Origin: Sphaerodactylus townsendi
Lineage: Eukaryota
NCBI RefSeq assembly: GCF_021028975.2
Contig: NC_059432.1
Location: forward strand, 77,376,001 to 77,440,000
Length of the DNA: 64,000 nt
Reading direction: 5' to 3'
The notes beneath the pieces were generated by a model. The model was not told where the DNA came from. It worked only from the letters and a program-made list of their open reading frames with translations, and made no database searches. Below are positions 11,046-23,246 of this stretch, piece by piece. How positions within the stretch are numbered: position 1 is the stretch's first letter; each line of letters begins with the position of its first letter. The translations under genes were made by a program, and so were the position numbers.

Positions 11046-13611
11046 GTTGGAGCATGAATGAATCAATAATGAAGGTTGAGTGAATGCTTCACTACTTGTT
11101 GGAGAAGGCTGGAGGCTCTAAGATTCTCATCTTATTGTACTGAATCACTTCTAATTATACAGAATATACAGTATGCTTTATTCACACAGTGTGGTTGCGT
11201 ATTCAGCTGATTTAATATGAAGATGCTGGTTGTGAAAACATACCTGGTGTCTCATTCAAACTGGGCCTTCAACTATGCAATGTTAGTACACCAGAGATCC
11301 ATAAACCTGATTTGTGTCATACTGGTGTGTTAACATTAATGGAACAGTGCCAGAATCAGTTAGACACACATCTCATTCAATAGAACATGGGTTATTTCTT
11401 GCCTGTCAGGGTCCCATTTGAAAATGGTTGAAGGTAAATTTTGTAGGTGTGTTGTAGAAGCAACAGCATGTGGCAAAAGTAAGCATTTAGCTCATGCCTT
11501 AATGAAGGAAAGAATAGCATATTTGGCAAAAGCATCCAAGCATCAGCTTAGAGCTCAGAGACTTAATGAATTTTTTGCCAACTGACAAGAGTGGGAGCAA
11601 AATTTGGCTGGTATTATAAATACCTTTGAAAATCTCATGAAAGACATAAGGGAAAAATCATATTAACTTAACGGAAAATGCATTAAGATGCTTTTAGTTT
11701 TAAACTCAGGAATGTAGCTCATGGAAAGCACATTGAGAAGTGAAGCTGGGAAATAAAATTATTACTTGAAATGCCCAGGTTACTTACTCTCTGTGGTACT
11801 CAGTGGATAGATTTGCATGGCATTTTCCAAAGTGACACCAAAAATGTTTTTGGGTTGTTGTTTCTGTTATAAAAAGTCAAAATGCACATCCCATTTTAAA
11901 ATGTAGTTTTGTTTTCTATTTCATATGAACAATATTCACACATACAGACCCCAAAGGGCTTTTGAAATCTAGACTACACAGCTGCAGACCTAAGATGGTT
12001 TAATTATTGCATCTTTTCCCAAGGAACTGCAAGAATGTTAGTGCTGTGAGGAAATCAAGAATTGTTTTTGTTAGAAAACCTTAGGATTTCTTTAAGCAGA
12101 TTTAATATTACTAAAATTTCTTTGGGAAGCCATAACAAGTATGGTTGGGTTTTACCTCTTTCTAGTACCCTTTGTTAAACAGCTCTCTTCACCAGGGCTG
12201 TAACCTTTAAACCACAACTAATGGACAATCCATACTTAGAGCCAAACTACAAATGGCAGACCACCCTTGCCCAATAATGCCATTTTAAAAGCATTTGTGG
12301 GTTTAAAAAAAATTGACACAGTCGGGATTGTAAGTGGAACCAGAAACTCCACTGTGGCTTTTCAGGTACATAAACAGCACATCATAGCTGCTGAAAAGGC
12401 ACTGGCAGGGGGAGAAACAAGACCTCTTGGGGCCTCTGCATGCCTAATCCATATTGGGGCCTCATGGCAATTTTAAAATGTTTTTAAAATGGTGACTGTG
12501 AGCAAAGTATGTACCTGTGCCAGCTGTCATTTGTAGTTGGGTTTTACTTATCAATTTAGGCAAAATTCCAATGATTTTTGCCTTAGGTTGTAAAAAAATG
12601 CACTGTTTCAGAAAAGTTGTGTGTGGTTCATTTTTCCTCCTTTTCATTACCAACCTCAACATAGTCACTAAATTTGATGTCTTCATGTCAAGAACTATAG
12701 TTCTTTTGAGGGCTTAGCCACATATTGTTCTAGGATGTAGACTGTAAACCCAATGTGACTCAGAAATGGCACTGTATGGCTTGATCTCCTTCCCCAGAGT
12801 ATACAACAAGCTATATGACTGGGTGCCTCTACCTTTATGTACATGTGCTCTTGCCAGGCAATCAGTCCATCCTGTTACATAATTCCAATGCTTGCATAGG
12901 ACTATAGGCAACCAAGCACGTCACACATACTGCATACAGAGGAGGATGACGTGTGAAAATATCACTCCTTTCTTTACACACAAAAGACCAACATGTGGGA
13001 ATGTTCACCAGACTGAACCCTATTTTTTATGGAACAGTATAAAAACTTCTTTAACATTATTTGATATTTGTAGTCTGCTTTTCTCATTGAGACTCCCAGG
13101 AGGATTATTAGGCAGTGCAAACAATAGAGTAAAAATATCTGATAAGTGAAGTAATAGGACTAGGGTTACAGAAACCTGAAAACAAAGCATAAGTATTAGA
13201 CATGATATGGTAGTTCTCAAAAGTGGAATTACACAGGCATATAACAATGCAGTGGAATTAGGAAAATACATACAGCAAAGAGATAATGCCATATACAGTT
13301 TGTGTAGCCCATCATCCTATGCCTCTTATTAAAAACTCCTGTAATAATTGAATCATAACTATAGCTTTATTGTCTTTATAAAATGCCTCTTCTGATTCAG
13401 TCATAGAAAACCTTCAGCACTATTATTTAGAACAGCCACATACATTTTTAGAACTATCAAAAAAGTGCCACAAAATACCTTTCAGTAAGACTAACCAAAA
13501 TGATTCAAAACAGTGTACAAGCTTTCACATTATCCAGGAAAAAAACCCTTTCAGGCCATGGTATAAAGGCCATTTTGTGTCTATCCTGCAGGATGTCTGC
13601 AGGGTGCTTAC

Positions 13612-13659
13612 CTGGCTTTTGTGGGCATAGGGTGTGATGTTAGACTGCATCCTGGCAAC
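13612..13659 (-). other. Candidate 48-nt internal exon
   Basis: Minus strand: tttttcatttatttttcccag|GTTGCC...AGCCAG|gtaagc; strong acceptor and donor; product not recognised. Confidence 0.3.
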
Positions 13660-16009
13660 CTGGGAAAAATAAATGAAAAATAAAAACATCATATTGAAAA
13701 TATAAAACATTATGCAATGGATTCATTATAAATGCTACTCTTCCATTTGGACATGACCTAAAATGAAATTTGCCAGCACTTGGAATTTGCCTGTCACTCT
13801 TTCCCCCTGCATGTGCCTCTTGGAGTGTTTAGCAATGTGCTTGTGAACCTTTGCCTGCTGGCAAGTATTTTGCTCCCCACCATAGAAATATGAGCACTGA
13901 AAAGAATCAACACTTGCTTTTAACAAAACCAGGCAGTGGGGTGGGGGGGGGGGGAGGAAAAGAGACCCTATCATTTTTGTTTCTCTACCTTATGGACAAA
14001 TATAACAAAAAAAGGATCTTGTGAGTACTCTGTCATATCAGAATCCCCATAAATTGGAGCTGTGGCAAGCTGTCTGTCTGCCAGAGGTGTGAACAAATGT
14101 GAACAAGTCCCGCTGAACACATAAACCATCTGCTCTTTACCCAATAGGCTCACTCCTCATCATAAAACTTAAAGAAAGAAAGAAAGGAAAAGAAAGAAAA
14201 GAAAAAAAGCCTGTACTGTTATATCCCTTCCTCCCTCCCACTCTCTATTGGGATACATAAAACTTCAGCTTGAGCATCAGAACAGCTCTGCGGAGAGACA
14301 GTGCTCATGAGCGGTGAGTCAGCTTCTTTATTACCCATCGGTAACCTTTCACTCTTTGTTTCCGGCATGCATCTCTGCTCCCCAACATACATACTTTGTT
14401 TTTTGGTCACCCCTGTCAAGCTGTAACTATTCTCTTTTGCTTTGCAGGCCAGAAATAATACAAAGGAGGGATTTGTATGCATTTTTCTGTGGGTTGATCA
14501 TGCACTTTATCAAGGGAGCATCTGTTGGCTGACACTTGATCTTTTTGTTGCTTTAAAAAAATGCTCAACAAAGCTAGTGGAAATATCTCACTTCTTTAAG
14601 TATGGGATCTATCAGAATAGGCTGTTATCTAAACTGAACTTTACCTCCTAAGCCTGTAAGGTTTTCCTGTCATTAGATAAACTACAGAATATATTATGTT
14701 ATCTATACAGTGATTTGCAATGCAGAACCATTTTTTTTACAAATGTAGTTGCTAGCAGTTTACCTGATCTTGCAACATGAGAATAATGGGACATTTTCAA
14801 GACAAGTTTCAATTAAAGTCATCTACAGCTGTTGAAACCACTCAAGTATATCCAAGGAACCTCCATATGATTGATGCGAGGTAAAAGTAATCTAAATTTC
14901 CTGGATTGTACTTCTGCTGTCCACTGGTATCTTACCCAATATAATTGCTAACATGTAAAGCATTGTGACGATAAACCCTCAACCAACAGGCATGCATGCC
15001 CATTGTCCTGCATGCCTATTAGTTCAGGTTTTAGCATTGTGCTGAAAAGACACGGAGAGGCCACCTGGGTGCTCTGGAAAGGAGGTGCCTGCCATGAGCC
15101 TACCTGGACGAGAGTGGCAAGCTGGCCAGCCACTGTGGACAGGAGGTGCCTGCCACAAGGTTGCTTGACCTCCATGGAAAGGAGACAGAGTGGCCACCCA
15201 TCCCCTGCCAGCCAATTCTACCTTCCCAATGATTAAGCTGGCTCCTGTGGAGCACCACCAGTAAACTGCCAAACCGGGGGGGGGGGGAGGAGGCACCGAT
15301 CAAGCCCATTATGGGGGGACATGTTTGCTTTCCCTCCTTGATTAGAGCCCATTGCATTTTCCCTACAATGGGTTGGATGCTGTGCAGAATGGACCTATGT
15401 TTATTTTTCCACCAGATTTATTATGGCAAAGCAGAAATTCAGCTTATGTAGATTCCATATTGCTGAGCTTGTCTTAGTCTGGTATCTAATATCTGCAAGG
15501 AAAAAGTTTCAGTTTTCAAGTAAACTTTTGTTTCACCTGTAAATTTTCTGGCTATGCAGTGACTCAAGTGTGATTTATGAAGGAGAGGGACCGTATGTAA
15601 GCATTTTATGTGTCTCATTTGTATGCATTCAGCATGTTTACTTTCATGTGTCACGTTAGAATGTCAAGGGATGGACCACTAAATTTTGGTGTCGTAATGT
15701 TAAAGGGATATGGACTGATGCACGAGCTAAGGGCATTTACATGTGATGGGGTGCGTACGGAACGCTTATATAAATTGCTAAGTAAATAAACTAAATATCC
15801 CAATGTATTTCTAGGTGGGTTTTGTTTCTTTTTTCCCTTTTCTTTTCTTTCCTCTCCCACTTTTTTGGTGCCCTTTTTGGTGCCCTTTTTTGGCATCTAA
15901 TCCTTACTTGTAAACTGGTACAATCCACAAAATCTGCCCTACATTTCACTCCTTGTATATTTCAACATCTAATGGAAAGACAACACCCCAGTGACAACTA
16001 AGAAAGAAT

Positions 16010-16230
16010 TAATACAGTCTAGTGAAAACTGTTAGATTACAATCTGCAGAGCTCAAAACCCCCTTTTTGGAACAGAAGCTTGCTGATGACCTTGGGACAG
16101 TCACTGTCTCTCAGCCTGCCTAACTCACAGGGCTATTGTTGTGAAGATTACAATGGAAAAGTGCAGAATGAGGTGCTTTCGGTCCCCACTGGGAACAAAA
16201 GTAAGGATAAATATCTAAATAAACAAATGA
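16010..16230 (+). mobile_element. Squam3-like tRNA-derived SINE
   Basis: gaagcttgctgatgaccttgggacagtcactgtctctcagcct...ctcacagggctattgttgtgaagat...ggtccccactggga...aaataaacaaat tail. Confidence 0.7.
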
Positions 16231-16406
16231 TGTGTACTTTCATGTTTTTTAAGCACTTCATACTGAAACTGAAACAGATTCATTTCCCATCAATTATGCT
16301 GCATAAAGTGAGAGGTCATTTATTTTCCTGTTCTAGTATGAAGTGGGGCTGCGGGTATTTTCCCCCCTAAACAAAGTTGTAAGTGGTTGAGGGAGGTAGA
16401 ACTTAC

Positions 16407-16512
16407 CTTCCTCTGTCTTTCCCTTCATTTGGGCCCCTAATTTCACAGACTTCTTTTCTCACCTTCAAAGAGGAGGTGAAAGAGCCAGGCCACCGAAATG
16501 ATGGAAGAAAAA
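16407..16512 (-). other. Candidate 106-nt exon
   Basis: Minus strand: cttttatattttag| ... GAAG|gtaagt; one open frame (FLPSFRWPGSFTSSLKVRKEV...), not recognised. Confidence 0.2.
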
Positions 16513-17703
16513 CTAAAATATAAAAGTAACACATGTCTTTGTTAAAGCTGTTGGCAGCTCTAGATTATACTCCCTAGCAATGGTAGAGTGATGGCTTTGA
16601 CGATCTCTTAGCAACAGTAATTCAGATTTCAGAATTTGGCCTTTGCTTTCTGAATTCTCTTTGTGCTTTGCACATGCTGGAACGTTTGAGCGAAGAGCAT
16701 GTTTCTGGCAGGGACTGCATCATTTGAATCTCAAGTGTGGAATTAACAAGATGCTAACACCCTATACAACACAGATTGCTGAAAGCATGCTCTCTCATAA
16801 ACAACGTGTTGGAGACCCTGTTGTCCTTCCTCTGTTTTCAGACCAGCTGGATCCTCTCATGAAATTTAATGTATTTCGGAAACATCAGGAACTACAAAAG
16901 AGACTTGTGAAGCAGGAACAGTTGCATTGACACTCTCAGAAACAATGGCAGTGCCAACAAAAGCAACTGAGGCACCTGCAGTGAATGCAGTAACATGAGA
17001 TTGAAAGAGTAGAAGGGAATTCACAGCACAGAACCTTGGAACCACAAAGTAGGCACCAGAGTCTAGTAATAAGGCTGGCTGTCTTTATTCTGGAGATGGT
17101 TCTGACAGGAGTACATTAAATGCCTGTTGCAATGCAATTGTGAAGTTTGCATAATTGACGCACCTGCAACCTAGTCCTAATTTGTTGATAAAGACTATCC
17201 ATCATGGCATGATTTGAGGGCTGTGATGTCAGGGCTGTGGTAGGGAGAGTTTCTATCCTGACTTCTGAACTTGTGTTTGGTGCTGTGCTGTGAAAAGTCC
17301 TGGCATTAGGCCACTAGTAGATCATTTTGCCCTTAATTTCCTGATGCAGCCAAAATCTCTGCAGATTGTAGCTAAATTGAGCTGAAATACAGAATTATGT
17401 GAGGTATGTTTTTTATGCTGTTTGGCATTCCACCAAGCAAAGAAAATGGCAGCTTAGATATTCACTTTGAACACATTCTCACAAGGTATTCTGATCTCTT
17501 GGCCACGCAGGTCATAATTCTGTCATCCTAAAGTCTCATTTCAAACCTTTTCGTTTTGTATGACATTTGGCTGTTAATTCTATTATGTGCTAATGATTTT
17601 TTTAAAGTGGCAGCTATTGTTACATTAACTTTTGGGGATTTACTTCGATCAATTTGTGGTGTTATATGTGTGTATATGTAAACCACATTAAGCATGGGAT
17701 TTA

Positions 17704-17885
17704 AATCAATGATAACAATTACATTCATTGCAGAGATTCTTCCACTGTTATATTGTGAATCTTCTCAATTCACCAATGTGCATGGCAGATGATAACAACT
17801 AATCAATGATAACAACTACATTCACTTTAGAGATTCTTCCACTGTAACATTGTGAATCTTCTCAATCCACCAATGTGTGTGGCAA
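17704..17885. repeat. Tandem duplication, 97-bp period, about 2 copies
   Basis: aatcaatgataacaa.tacattca...agagattcttccactgt...caccaatgtg at 17704 and 17801. Confidence 0.9.
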
Positions 17886-18134
17886 ACAAACAGCTGTCTT
17901 GAGCCTCTTGAGTAGAACTGTTGCAAATAAAAAAGACAAACATGACGTTTGTTTTCAAACATATAGAAAAATAAGGCTCAGGAAGCTATACCAGAGCCTA
18001 TAGTACATTTCAGGGTTCCCAGGAGCAACTCCCTAAGATGACACATAGTGAAGGCAGGAATGACATGTATTTTGAAGAACTATACAAGTCTCACCATTCT
18101 GCCTTGAGTTCCAAGAACAATTGTGTAGTATAGA

Positions 18135-18340
18135 TTGGTGGCCGAGGCTATTCCCATCTCAACAGATCTCAGAAGCTAAGCAGGGTCAGCCTTGGTTAGT
18201 ACTTGAATGGGAAATGACCAAGGAAGACAAGAGTTGCTACACAGAGGCAGATTATGAAGAACAACTTCTATTCATCTCTTGCCTTGGAAACCCATAAGTT
18301 CCCATAAACTGGATGCAGCTTGAAAGCACTTTCCATCACC
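18135..18340 (+). mobile_element. 5S rRNA-derived SINE with BovB/Sauria-like tail
   Basis: gatctcagaagctaagcagggtcagccttggttagtacttgaatggga follows the 5S internal promoter region, then non-5S tail tctcttgccttggaaaccc. Confidence 0.8.
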
Positions 18341-19760
18341 AGATCTTTAATAAATAATATGCTTTGTATCAACAGGCACGTATGTGAATACATTCATTAC
18401 ATTAAAAGCCCTCCCTCAAGATCTGTCTGCTGCAATACAAGAAGTATGGAAGAAGGATGTGTGGGAAAGGCTATTTCACATGCAAATTTATGCATACTTC
18501 AATTCGCATAAAATGTGTGATGGAGGGGAAAATGTATGAACCCTTAACTCACTCCCATCTTTCACAGCACAGAGACACAGATGTGGGTGAACTAATATTT
18601 AAGGAAGTAAATGCTTTCACTTAATTTGTGATAAACCCATTGATCAAAACACTGTCACTCAGTACAACAGATGGAGAAGTGAGGATGGTGTACTTGTTTT
18701 CATACACTACACTTAGATTATAAGTAATGTCAATATAAAAAAGGGTCTCCTTTTGATTGTATTCCTTATCAGTAGTATTAACACATGCTCAGAAGGACCA
18801 TGGTTTGCTGGATTTTTAATGTCCCATGAGACAATGTTTTTAGCTCTAGAAATGTTAACAACCCCCCCCCCCCCGCTTCCAGCCCAAGTCAGAAGATGCT
18901 CATGCAACCCATGGCAACTATCTTTTCCTCCCAAGAGAGGCCAAACTTGCACTCTGAGAGTCAGTATGTAAAGATATATGCATGTCATTTCTGACTTTGC
19001 TTCTTCATTTCATAAGTGAGCTGTTCCCATATAATGAGCCATTTCTTTTCTTAAGTCATCTAAACAAAATGAGCAGGACTCTAAATTTCCTATTTAAGGC
19101 TGAGCTACATATTTGAGGGTAGCCACTTCTAGAAGTCTATACCATTCCCAGGCAGAGTGATGTTTTAAAAATTATTGTGGCAACCAATGTGCGATTTGCT
19201 TCTTCATTCCATTAACAGCTATGTGAGGCGCCAGTACTACAATTGGGTCCATATGGTGGGCTGCCTAAATGAGATTGGACTTAAGATGTTAAAAAACCAA
19301 AATAAATATCTGCTTCCAGTGCACAGCTGTTGCCCATTGTGGATAGAGCTGAGGCTAACCAGGGCCTTTTTGATTGTTAGCAATATAATGCTGAATCCTT
19401 AACAAATCCTTGGATTTGTAACCCATGTTCCCGAGAACTTCTTTGCCTCTCAGAAAACGACCTCACTTCCAAACAGCAGGTACCCTTCATATTGCTCTTC
19501 CGTTCAGTTATTTTGGCTATTTTATTTATTAAAAGGATGAGTTTTATAGCAAAGCTTTTAAAATGACAAAATAGATATGATAAAATCCTAAGCCATAGGC
19601 AGGCTCATGCATACATTAACAGTGTCTCAAATACCCCAGTTGGGTGGGAAGGTGGGGGAGAAAAAGATATAGAGAGATTGTCGAAGGCTTTCACAGCCAG
19701 ATTCAACTGGTGGTTGTGGGTTTTCCAGGCTGTGTGGCCGTGGTCTGGTGGAAATGTTGT

Positions 19761-19803
19761 TCCTAACGTTTCACCTGCATCTGTGGATGGCATCTTCAGA
19801 GGT
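19761..19803 (-). ncRNA. Minimal hammerhead ribozyme motif, near-intact
   Basis: Minus strand CCU-CUGAAGA-U-GCC...GGU-GAAAC-GUU-AGG; one C>U change in stem II. Confidence 0.6.
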
Positions 19804-19854
19804 GTATCACAGAGAAAAGTCTGTTTCACACTGTGTCTAGTGAGAAAGGAAAGA

Positions 19855-20121
19855 TACAGAAAACGGACACACACAGACCGGTATCTACATAAAAACTCCA
19901 ATCACCATCCACAACAGAAAAGGGGCATAATCGAAACTCTGACAGATTGTGCAAAATGAATTTGTGAACCTCACCCGCTCCTTAATGAAATCAATCCTCA
20001 AGTCTGGACTCTGCAGGCTAATGGCTACTCCACAACAGAAATCAGAAGATCTTTAAGACCAAGAGAAACCCAGAGGACTGACGAGAAACAGCCCACTACA
20101 GGAAAAATATTTCTACCACAC
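19855..20121 (+). pseudogene. Penelope-like RT C-terminal (thumb/linker) fragment
   Basis: YRKRTHTDRYLHKNSNHHPQQKRGIIETLTDCAK*ICEP...LQANGYS...KIFLPH in one frame; matches PLE YRKPTHTDRYL, NGY and LPY motifs; stop explained by CGA>TGA. Confidence 0.88.
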
Positions 20122-20417
20122 AGTATACAGAAAACCAACACACAGAAACCAGTATCTACATAAAAACTCCAATCACCAGATATAGAGAGAGTTTCTTCAT
20201 TTGAAGTGGAGTGTCTCAAGACAGCAGTAACTAGTGAATGGAATAATGTGCGTTATGTACAACTGCCCATGTGCACCAAAAAGGACCCCACAAACATGCT
20301 TGAGCTACTCCAAGGCAACTTGAACTGCCTGCCAAACTATCATCTTTTAGCTTTTGAAGGCAAACAAGATATGAGCAGAACTGGTTGGTGGTTGAGGATT
20401 CCTAGTTATAATACAAA

Positions 20418-21423
20418 CTAGTGGGGCCCGGCCACGTGTTGCTGTGGCAATTGTCCTTCTCATCACAGTCTGCAACCCACACAGAGGTCCATGAAGGTCC
20501 AATGATCCGCAGCATAGCCTTTTGGGGTGGTCAAATGGAATCTCTCTTTCCCTTTTCAATTCACATTGTTATATGGTGGTGTCTTTTTTTTAGTATAAGG
20601 TAACCCTTTTCATTCCACAACAGAACTGTCCAGAGTGCAAATCCTGCTGTCCATGAGGCTGGTTGACATGCATAGTCCTGGCTTGGGTAAGGCAGAACTG
20701 GGGCAAGGAGGCTATCCCAGTCAGGCAGCAGAGGCAGGGTGGTGAAATGCTCAGATCGAGGCCTGCTCCCTGGGTTCTTAAAAGGCCATGTGCAAAAGAA
20801 GCGGAGCCAGTAGTGTTGGTGCGCCCCCACCCCGCAGATTTTCTTAGAAGAAAAAGGCTAACTCCAGCTTGCTTTTAGTAAAAGAGAGCTGTGGCAAATA
20901 TGGGTCAGGAAGTGGGTAAGTGGTGGTTGGATGTGAGGGAGGGCAGAGTGAGGTGTGTGAGGATGAGCTGGATGTGTGTTGTTTGGTAGCAGTTGGTGAG
21001 ACACAGAGAGTGAAAGTTACCTGCGTGTGAGGGGGGGAACCCCACCTGACGTCTCACACGGCAAAGTGTTTATGTGTTTCACTTCCACTTGTACTACCTA
21101 ACAGTATTACCTATTTACTGTTTTCAATGCTCATCTCTGACCATCTGAGCGAACATTCTAAGGGCATACCAAGCCCTCAGGCCACAGACATGCTGCACGA
21201 ACATTCTAAGGGTGACAGTTAAACACAGCCAGCTTCATGGCCTGGTGCGCCAGGAAAAAGACGTTTTACCTGGCTCAGGTATGGACTTTCGGCGATTTGA
21301 AGGTCTGATTACTTGCCCGCAACAGGGAGGAATGTCATGTGAAAATTTGGGGGCGATCCGTCCAGCCGTTTCGGCGTTAGGGCGTGACTAACAAAGTCAC
21401 TGTTACCTTTTTATATATATAGA
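20418..21423 (-). mobile_element. Non-autonomous Helitron
   Basis: Minus strand: A|TCTATATATATA 5' end, subterminal hairpin gccacagcaacacgtggc, CTAG|T 3' end, no TSD; second copy at 42593-43165. Confidence 0.88.
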
Positions 21424-22237
21424 TAATGAAAATACATAGTGTTTTAAAATAAGAATGAATCTGGGCAAAAGGTACAAACTGCACTCTCTTCTTTTCCCCC
21501 AGAGCTAGTTTACCATTAAGTAGAGGCCACTTTAAATTGTTCCCCAACAGAGTGGTTATCCCATGATGAGACATTCAGATTCAGCCATTAACCAGAGACC
21601 AAGTGAATGAAGTGACCTTTCTTTGGCAATATGGATGGTGCTATTCTGAGACTCTACACACAATCCATACATAAATGGCTTTAGGCACCATATGGAAAAA
21701 TTTAAAACAGTTTTCATGTGGCAGCCATGCATAAATCATGGCAAGAACTGTCTGTAAAAGCCCTTTGTTATAAGAAAAGGCATTTTATCAATGTTCTGTA
21801 GAGGTCCTCTAAGAAACTATGCCTACCTAAAAAAACTTTAATGGCTTTGTGATTTTATATGAGTTACACAGTGCAGTCTGCTTCTGGGAACAATTCAAGG
21901 TGCTGGTGCTAACTCTGAAAGTTCTATATAGTTTAGGACCAGCAGACCTGAAGGACTAGCTACTCCTTTACAAACCTATGAACACTACAGTCATTTTCTT
22001 AGACACAGCTTTGGATGTCCCTACTTTCTCAGATTAGATGGGTGACCTGGGAGAGGCCTTCTCAACTGTGGCACCAAAACGTGTTCCCTGGAGAATTTCT
22101 TCTGTCCCATTGTGTTGCTGTTCTCCACCAGCAGGTGAACACTTTGGTGTTTCATCTGGCATTCCCTCTGTGATCCCTCCTACCTTCCTCATTTTAACTG
22201 TTGTGGTTTTATATGTGTACTTTAGCTTGATTTTATT

Positions 22238-22867
22238 TGCGGGCAGATGTGCAGATCTTTCCTAAGTGAATAGCCACAGGACACATTCTGGATTAAATTG
22301 GGCTGCAGTCCTTTATTAATGCTGAAGCTGGGCAAGCAAGAGGAGTGCATCTTATAGCCGGACAGCATCCCAGGTGACCCAGCAACAACCCCAATCCTTA
22401 TTGGGGAGGACAGAGAGGTACCAGGCCGCTGGGCGTTCACCCCCTTGCATCCCCCTAACTGCTGGGATGTCAGGCTTGCCTGCAGAGGCCTCCGTGGCAT
22501 GCTCCATGAGCCCAACCCACCCCAAGCCTCTGTTGGAGGTCCCCAACCACGGGGAGGTCTGTCATGTGATTTTGGCATCCAGACAAGGATGCTCTCCTCT
22601 GCCCAAGCTGCCAGGACTGTGACTGAATAGCAGCACTGTTGAAAACCCTGTCCCTAAAGAGGGAGGGAAAGTGGGTCAGTTTGCTAAAGGTGCCAAAAGA
22701 GGCTAAAGCAACCGTGTGCTGCCTAATATATATAGGGAGTGTGCTCCACCCATTGCCCATGTGCGTGATGCATGACATTGCCGGGTTGTCAGGCTCCGTC
22801 GTTTGGCTGCCCAGGGTCATGCATGCTCCTTACCCAGAGTTCACCTCGTGCCCTTCCCCCTGTCGCA
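22238..22867 (-). mobile_element. Probable solo LTR
   Basis: Ends tgcgggcag / ctgtcgca (TG..CA); minus-strand TATA near 22725-22735 and AATAAA near 22312; interrupts the L2 UTR; TSD not clean. Confidence 0.55.
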
Positions 22868-23007
22868 ATTATGGACCTTGTTGATTCAAGTGCCATTATT
22901 TGTTTAATGTTTTTTTAATGGTTTGTAAGATGTGTTTTTAGTATGCATATTTTTAATCTATTAGCCACTTTGATGGCCAAGATAAATGCAGAAAGGCTGG
23001 GTATAAA

Positions 23008-23246
23008 CAGGTGTTGTGGGGTTTCCAAACTGTGTGCCCATGTTCTTGTAGTTGCTCCTAACATTTCGCCCACATCTATGGCTGGCATCTTCATTGGTAT
23101 GTCACGGCAAGATGTATGCCACATCTCGCAAGAAACACATCTTGCTGTGGCATGTGGAAAAAACATTAGGAGCAAAAACTACCAGACACAGCCAGAAAAC
23201 ATATGACAGCCAGTTGATTCTGGCCATGAAAAACTTTGACAATGTG
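23008..23246 (+). mobile_element. Fold-back mini Penelope-like element
   Basis: 10-bp TSD tgggtataaa (22998-23007, 23247-23256); inverted pLTR arms; hammerhead core decayed. Confidence 0.82.

Larger units (their letters stand above)
19678..20177 (-). mobile_element. Rearranged Penelope-like retroelement (pLTR on minus strand, inverted ORF fragment)
   Basis: 13-bp TSD agatatagagaga (19665-19677, 20178-20190); pLTR shared with four other copies. Confidence 0.9.

Noticed and set aside
16643-16930. 95-aa ORF with a plausible acceptor and helical end (DQLDPLMKFNVFRKHQELQKRL...)
   Set aside because: No recognisable homology, non-ATG start and no supporting plus-strand exons
18135-18240. 5S rRNA gene (also 39680 and 59910)
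   Set aside because: 5' and 3' ends of 5S absent, many substitutions, fused to a SINE tail
23040-23095. Functional hammerhead in the 23008 copy (also the 37143 copy)
   Set aside because: Core mutated (AUGAAGA here; GAAA or CUGA damaged in both arms at 37143)
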